64,000 nucleotides of DNA. It comes from Chloroflexota bacterium. GTDB taxonomy: Bacteria; Chloroflexota; Dehalococcoidia; Bin125. Shown here one piece after another: positions 60,387 to 64,000 of this stretch; position 1 is the stretch's first letter; every line of letters begins with the position of its first letter. The notes under the pieces are model-generated. The model ran no database searches. It had not been told where the DNA came from and was given only the letters and a program-made list of their open reading frames with translations. The stretch spans positions 55,180 to 119,179 of the forward strand of contig JAPPNI010000026.1 of assembly GCA_028873865.1 (NCBI GenBank), written 5' to 3'. The position numbers and the translations under genes were made by a program.

Positions 60387-60455
60387 TTGCCTGGTACGAC
60401 CCTCATCTCCGCCCGCCCTCTCCTCACCACCCTCCGTCAACCACGACGCACAACA

Positions 60456-60506
60456 CCGAACACTCATTCCCTATAGTCAACAGAACATTCGTATCGCACG
60501 AAAGGA
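60456..60506 (+). promoter_or_regulatory. TATAGT -10 element with two GAAC-N4-GTTC-like boxes and RBS
   Basis: CCGAACactcATTCcc-TATAGT-caacaGAACattcGTAT...AAAGGA. Confidence 0.45.
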
Positions 60507-60512
60507 CGAACC

Positions 60513-61196
60513 ATGCACATCACCCCCAAACGCCGACGACGCGCCATGCGCGCCCACTACCTCGCACGGCGAGGCAACGACCAGCGACAAATCGCCGAAC
60601 GGCTCAACGTCTCCAGAGCCACCGTACGCGACGACCTCCAGCTGGTCGAGACCCACTGGAGCCAGATCGCCGGACCGGCGGCCGACGACCTCCTGCTCGA
60701 GTCGCTCCACCTGCTCCAACTCCGGCTCGCACTCGCCCTCAAAAACGACGAAGTCGCCGACAACGCCGCCCGCCTCACCGCCCCCGAATACCTCAAGGCC
60801 CGCGACCACCAGGAAACCCGGCTCAACGCCCTCGCCCGCGAGATCCGCCGCACCGTCCAGCAGGTCCACCAGCGAGCCGAGCAACGCCCCGATCAACCCG
60901 ATCTCTACCAGGAACAACCCCAGGAACAGCCGAAACCTGTCAAAACCACGCCAGAATTAACCAAACCTGACCAGCCCCATTCCACGATCTCCAGTCCACA
61001 GCAGGAGATCGTCCAATCCGAGGCCCCAGCAGAAAAAATTCCCCCCGAACCCGACCAGGACGCCCTGATCGAGGAAGCCGTCCAGCACTTCCCCCACCTC
61101 AAGGGCCAATCCCCCGAGCAAATCCTCCACTTCCTCGACCAACTCACCGACCCGAAAGGAGAGCAACCCGCGATCTACGCCGAAGCCGCCGGCTAA
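60513..61196 (+). CDS. Orphan HTH protein, copy 2
   Basis: GNDQRQIAERLNVSRATVRDDL HTH; near-identical to 21761..22456. Confidence 0.8.
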   Translation: MHITPKRRRRAMRAHYLARRGNDQRQIAERLNVSRATVRDDLQLVETHWSQIAGPAADDLLLESLHLLQLRLALALKNDEVADNAARLTAPEYLKARDHQETRLNALAREIRRTVQQVHQRAEQRPDQPDLYQEQPQEQPKPVKTTPELTKPDQPHSTISSPQQEIVQSEAPAEKIPPEPDQDALIEEAVQHFPHLKGQSPEQILHFLDQLTDPKGEQPAIYAEAAG

Positions 61197-61330
61197 CAAC
61201 CCGACGCCCGTACCCTCCTACCACCTCCGATGTCCTGCGCTCGCCATCCCCTCTGTCGCCCCGTTCCCATAAATCTGCCGACCCGTAGACTCGCATCAGG
61301 CCCGATTGCACGACCGGGACAGGAGATGCC

Positions 61331-62320
61331 GTGGGCTACAGAGCGTTTGTGGTGAACAAAGACGATGACGATTTCGACGCGTCGGTGCAGACCCTGGACG
61401 AGTCAGCCCTCCCCGAGGGTGATGTCACGGTCGCGGTCGAATGGTCCGACCTGAACTACAAGGACGGCCTTGCCTGCACGCCGAACGGCCGCGTGGTCTT
61501 CAAGTACCCGATGACGATCGGCATCGACTTCGCCGGCACCGTCCTCGACTCGTCGGATTCCCGCTATTCGGCCGGCGACTCGGTCGTCGCGACCGGCTAT
61601 GACCTCGGCGCCGCCCACCCGGGCGGTTACGCCGAGCGAGCCCGCGTCCCCGCCGACTGGCTGGCGCCGCTGCCCGACGGCATGACCTCGGAAGAGGCGA
61701 TGGTGCTGGGCACGGCGGGCATCACCGCCGCGATGTCGGTCGACGTGATCGAGAAGGGCGGCGTCGGTCCCGATGCCGGCCCGGTGATCGTCAGCGGCGC
61801 CACCGGCGGCGTCGGCTCGACCGCCGTGGCGATGCTCTCCGCGCGCGGCTACGAGGTACACGCCAGCACCGGCAAGTCTGCCGAGCACGATTTCCTCCGC
61901 GCCCTGGGCGCAACCGAAATCCTCGACCGCGAGGAACTGGCGGCGGAGTCGCGACGGCCGATCGAGCGGGAACGCTGGGCGGCCGCTGTCGATCCGGTCG
62001 GCGGTTCGACCACGGCGTCGATCCTGAGGCAGACGAAGTACGGCGGCGTCGTGGCGCTGTCGGGGCTGACCGGCGGCGTCGGCGTCGAGACCAACGTGAT
62101 GCCGTTCATCCTGCGCGGCGTGTCGCTGGTCGGCATCGAGTCGGTCTTCTGGCCCAGCGCCGATCGGCCGCGGCTCTGGTCGCGCATGGCTGAGGACTTC
62201 CGCGATCGCAACCTCCTCGACCTGGTCGAGTCTCGAATCGGGCTGGAAGAAGTGCCCGAGGCAGCCTCGAAGATCCTCGCCGGAGGCGTCCGTGGCCGCA
62301 TCCTCGTTCGTCCCTCATAA
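61331..62320 (+). CDS. Acryloyl-CoA reductase AcuI/YhdH-like MDR oxidoreductase
   Basis: LNYKDGLA, GIDFAG, GTAG.TA, SGATGGVGS, PFILRGV.L.GI. Confidence 0.88.
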   Translation: MGYRAFVVNKDDDDFDASVQTLDESALPEGDVTVAVEWSDLNYKDGLACTPNGRVVFKYPMTIGIDFAGTVLDSSDSRYSAGDSVVATGYDLGAAHPGGYAERARVPADWLAPLPDGMTSEEAMVLGTAGITAAMSVDVIEKGGVGPDAGPVIVSGATGGVGSTAVAMLSARGYEVHASTGKSAEHDFLRALGATEILDREELAAESRRPIERERWAAAVDPVGGSTTASILRQTKYGGVVALSGLTGGVGVETNVMPFILRGVSLVGIESVFWPSADRPRLWSRMAEDFRDRNLLDLVESRIGLEEVPEAASKILAGGVRGRILVRPS

Positions 62321-62344
62321 CCTGTCCAGCCCCGGAGGCATCAC

Positions 62345-63265
62345 ATGCAGATCGGAATCTTCATCGGCGGCGCTGGTCCGGCGCCCAGCGTGCAAGACAT
62401 CGTCGAACAGGCCCAGCGAGCCGAAGCGGCCGGATTCTCGACCTTCAGCATGGCCAACATTTTCTCGCACGATGCCATGGGCGCGCTGACCCTCGCCGGA
62501 GCGCAGACCGAGCGGATCGAGCTGATGACGGCCGTCGTGCCGACCTATCCGCGCCACCCGCACGCGATGGCGCAGCAGGCGTTGACCGTCCAGGCGGCCG
62601 CCGGCGGCAAGCGCTTCGTGATGGGCATCGGCCTCTCGCACAAGATCGTCATCGAGAACATGTTCGGCTACTCCTTCGACCGCCCGGCGCGGCACATGAA
62701 GGAGTACCTCGACGTGCTCCTGCCGCTGCTCAACGGCGAGCCGGTCCAGACCGACGGCGAACACTACCGGGGCCAGGTCAGCCTGGACATCCCCGACGCC
62801 GAGAAGCCCGTCTCCTGCATGCTGGCCGCCATGGGCCCGGCCATGCTCCGCCTCGCCGGCGCGCGAACCGACGGCACCATCCTCTGGATGACCGCCGCCA
62901 GCGTCGTCGAGTCCTACATCGCCCCCACCATGAACGCCGCCGCCGACGAAGCCGGACGCCCCCACCCACGCATCGTGGTCGGACTGCCGATCATGCTGAG
63001 CTCAGACGTTGATGGCGCGCGTGCGACGGCGGCCGAACAGTTCGCCAACTACGAACGCCTGCCCTCCTACCGCTCCATGCTCGACAAGCAGGGCGCCGCC
63101 CACCCCGAGGACGTCGCCGTCCTCGGCACTGAAGAGCAGATCGAAACTCAGCTTCGGCAGCTGCAGGACGCCGGCACGACCGACTTCGTCGGCGTCGTCT
63201 TCGGCTCCGAAGATGAACGTTCGCGGACGGAAGAGTTCCTGGGCTCGCTGGCGCCGACGCTCTAG
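62345..63265 (+). CDS. LLM-class F420-dependent oxidoreductase
   Basis: TAVVPTYPRHP, GIGLSH, AAMGP.MLRLAG. Confidence 0.88.
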   Translation: MQIGIFIGGAGPAPSVQDIVEQAQRAEAAGFSTFSMANIFSHDAMGALTLAGAQTERIELMTAVVPTYPRHPHAMAQQALTVQAAAGGKRFVMGIGLSHKIVIENMFGYSFDRPARHMKEYLDVLLPLLNGEPVQTDGEHYRGQVSLDIPDAEKPVSCMLAAMGPAMLRLAGARTDGTILWMTAASVVESYIAPTMNAAADEAGRPHPRIVVGLPIMLSSDVDGARATAAEQFANYERLPSYRSMLDKQGAAHPEDVAVLGTEEQIETQLRQLQDAGTTDFVGVVFGSEDERSRTEEFLGSLAPTL

Positions 63266-63730
63266 TCAGGCGCTCGGGTTCAGTCGGATGACCTGAATCT
63301 CGCGGGGCCTGGCGCGCTCCGCGTACTGAACATAAGGCGGCCAGACCTCGGCTGCAGCCGACCAGAGCCGTTCCCGCTCCTCGCCCTCGAGGAACTCCGC
63401 CTCAACCGGATGTCGCTTGCGATCGACGAACACCCAGGCATGCGGGTTGGCGCGCAGGTTGTGGACCCAGGAAGGATGCCTCGGTCCACCCCCGACCGAT
63501 CCGATGATCACCCAGCTGTCGCCATCGGGAACATAGAACAGCACCGCGTCGCGCAGGTCGCCGGACTTCGCGCCGACGGAGCGAAGCATCAGCGAGTCGA
63601 CGTACGGAACGCCCTCGTTCCAGGTGATCATCCGACCCATGATCGAAAAGCCGGTCAGCCGCAGCGCAAACTCTTCCATCGGCCTGAGCAAGCCGATCCG
63701 ACGGAGCAGGTTGACGACGTCTTGCCACAT
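63266..63730 (-). CDS. Deazaflavin-dependent nitroreductase (Ddn) family protein
   Basis: GAKSG..R, S.GG..RHPSW.HNLRANP, Y..Y.....REI. Confidence 0.85.
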   Translation of the reverse strand: MWQDVVNLLRRIGLLRPMEEFALRLTGFSIMGRMITWNEGVPYVDSLMLRSVGAKSGDLRDAVLFYVPDGDSWVIIGSVGGGPRHPSWVHNLRANPHAWVFVDRKRHPVEAEFLEGEERERLWSAAAEVWPPYVQYAERARPREIQVIRLNPSA

Positions 63731-63751
63731 GATGGGTCGTATCGCGCCGGG

Positions 63752-64000
63752 CTACTCGATGTAGTCGCGCAGGCGAGTGGCGCGAGTCGGGTGTCGGAGC
63801 TGGCGCAGGGCCTTGGCCTCAATCTGGCGGATGCGCTCCCGAGTGACATCGAAGTCTCGTCCTACCTCTTCCAGCGTCCGGGCCCGTCCGTCCCCGAGGC
63901 CGAAGCGCAGCTCGAGCACCTGGCGCTCGCGCGCCGAGAGCGAGCCAAGCACCGCGCCGACCGTCTCCTTGAGCAACTGTTGACCAGCGGCGGCGTCGGG
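63752..64000 (-). CDS. rpoD: Primary sigma70 factor, C-terminal region 4 (partial)
   Basis: [41 protein letters not shown]; frame open to the window end. Confidence 0.9.
   Translation of the reverse strand, partial: PDAAAGQQLLKETVGAVLGSLSARERQVLELRFGLGDGRARTLEEVGRDFDVTRERIRQIEAKALRQLRHPTRATRLRDYIE

Larger units (their letters stand above)
60290..61241 (+). repeat. Dispersed repeat cassette copy 2
   Basis: Homologous to the reverse complement of 21719..22576, with an extra REP-containing segment at about 60311-60429. Confidence 0.9.

Noticed and set aside
63752-64000. Sigma70 gene as the missing MzaA
   Set aside because: Canonical RpoD region 4, 57 kb from the island, with core-like composition.

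Overview
High-GC bacterial chromosome segment. Gene content (many luciferase-like and F420 enzymes, family III CoA-transferases, TM-anchored YvcK, double-zinc-ribbon membrane protein) suggests Chloroflexota, Dehalococcoidia/SAR202-like; this is inference. Positions 1-6.7 kb are the end of a lower-GC island abutting the 3' end of tRNA-Arg(CCT). It carries a translationally coupled GHKL ATPase / Z1 / PD-(D/E)XK / AIPR operon (Mza-like defence); the AIPR gene is missing from the ORF track. The rest is housekeeping and catabolic genes (pcrA, ppc, xth, fumC-mdh-aconitase-pccB, oxoprolinase A/B, rplY, rlmN, fmt, secG, gatB, partial rpoD). The most unusual signal is a ~0.8 kb cassette present twice in inverted orientation (21.7-22.6 kb and 60.3-61.2 kb). 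It encodes an orphan HTH protein with no transposase, has a 461-bp identical core with diverged ends, a conserved promoter bracketed by SOS-box-like motifs, and flanking REP-like hairpins. One of these hairpins recurs at 26.6 kb with compensatory base changes. Local G/C strand skew follows the orientation of each copy.
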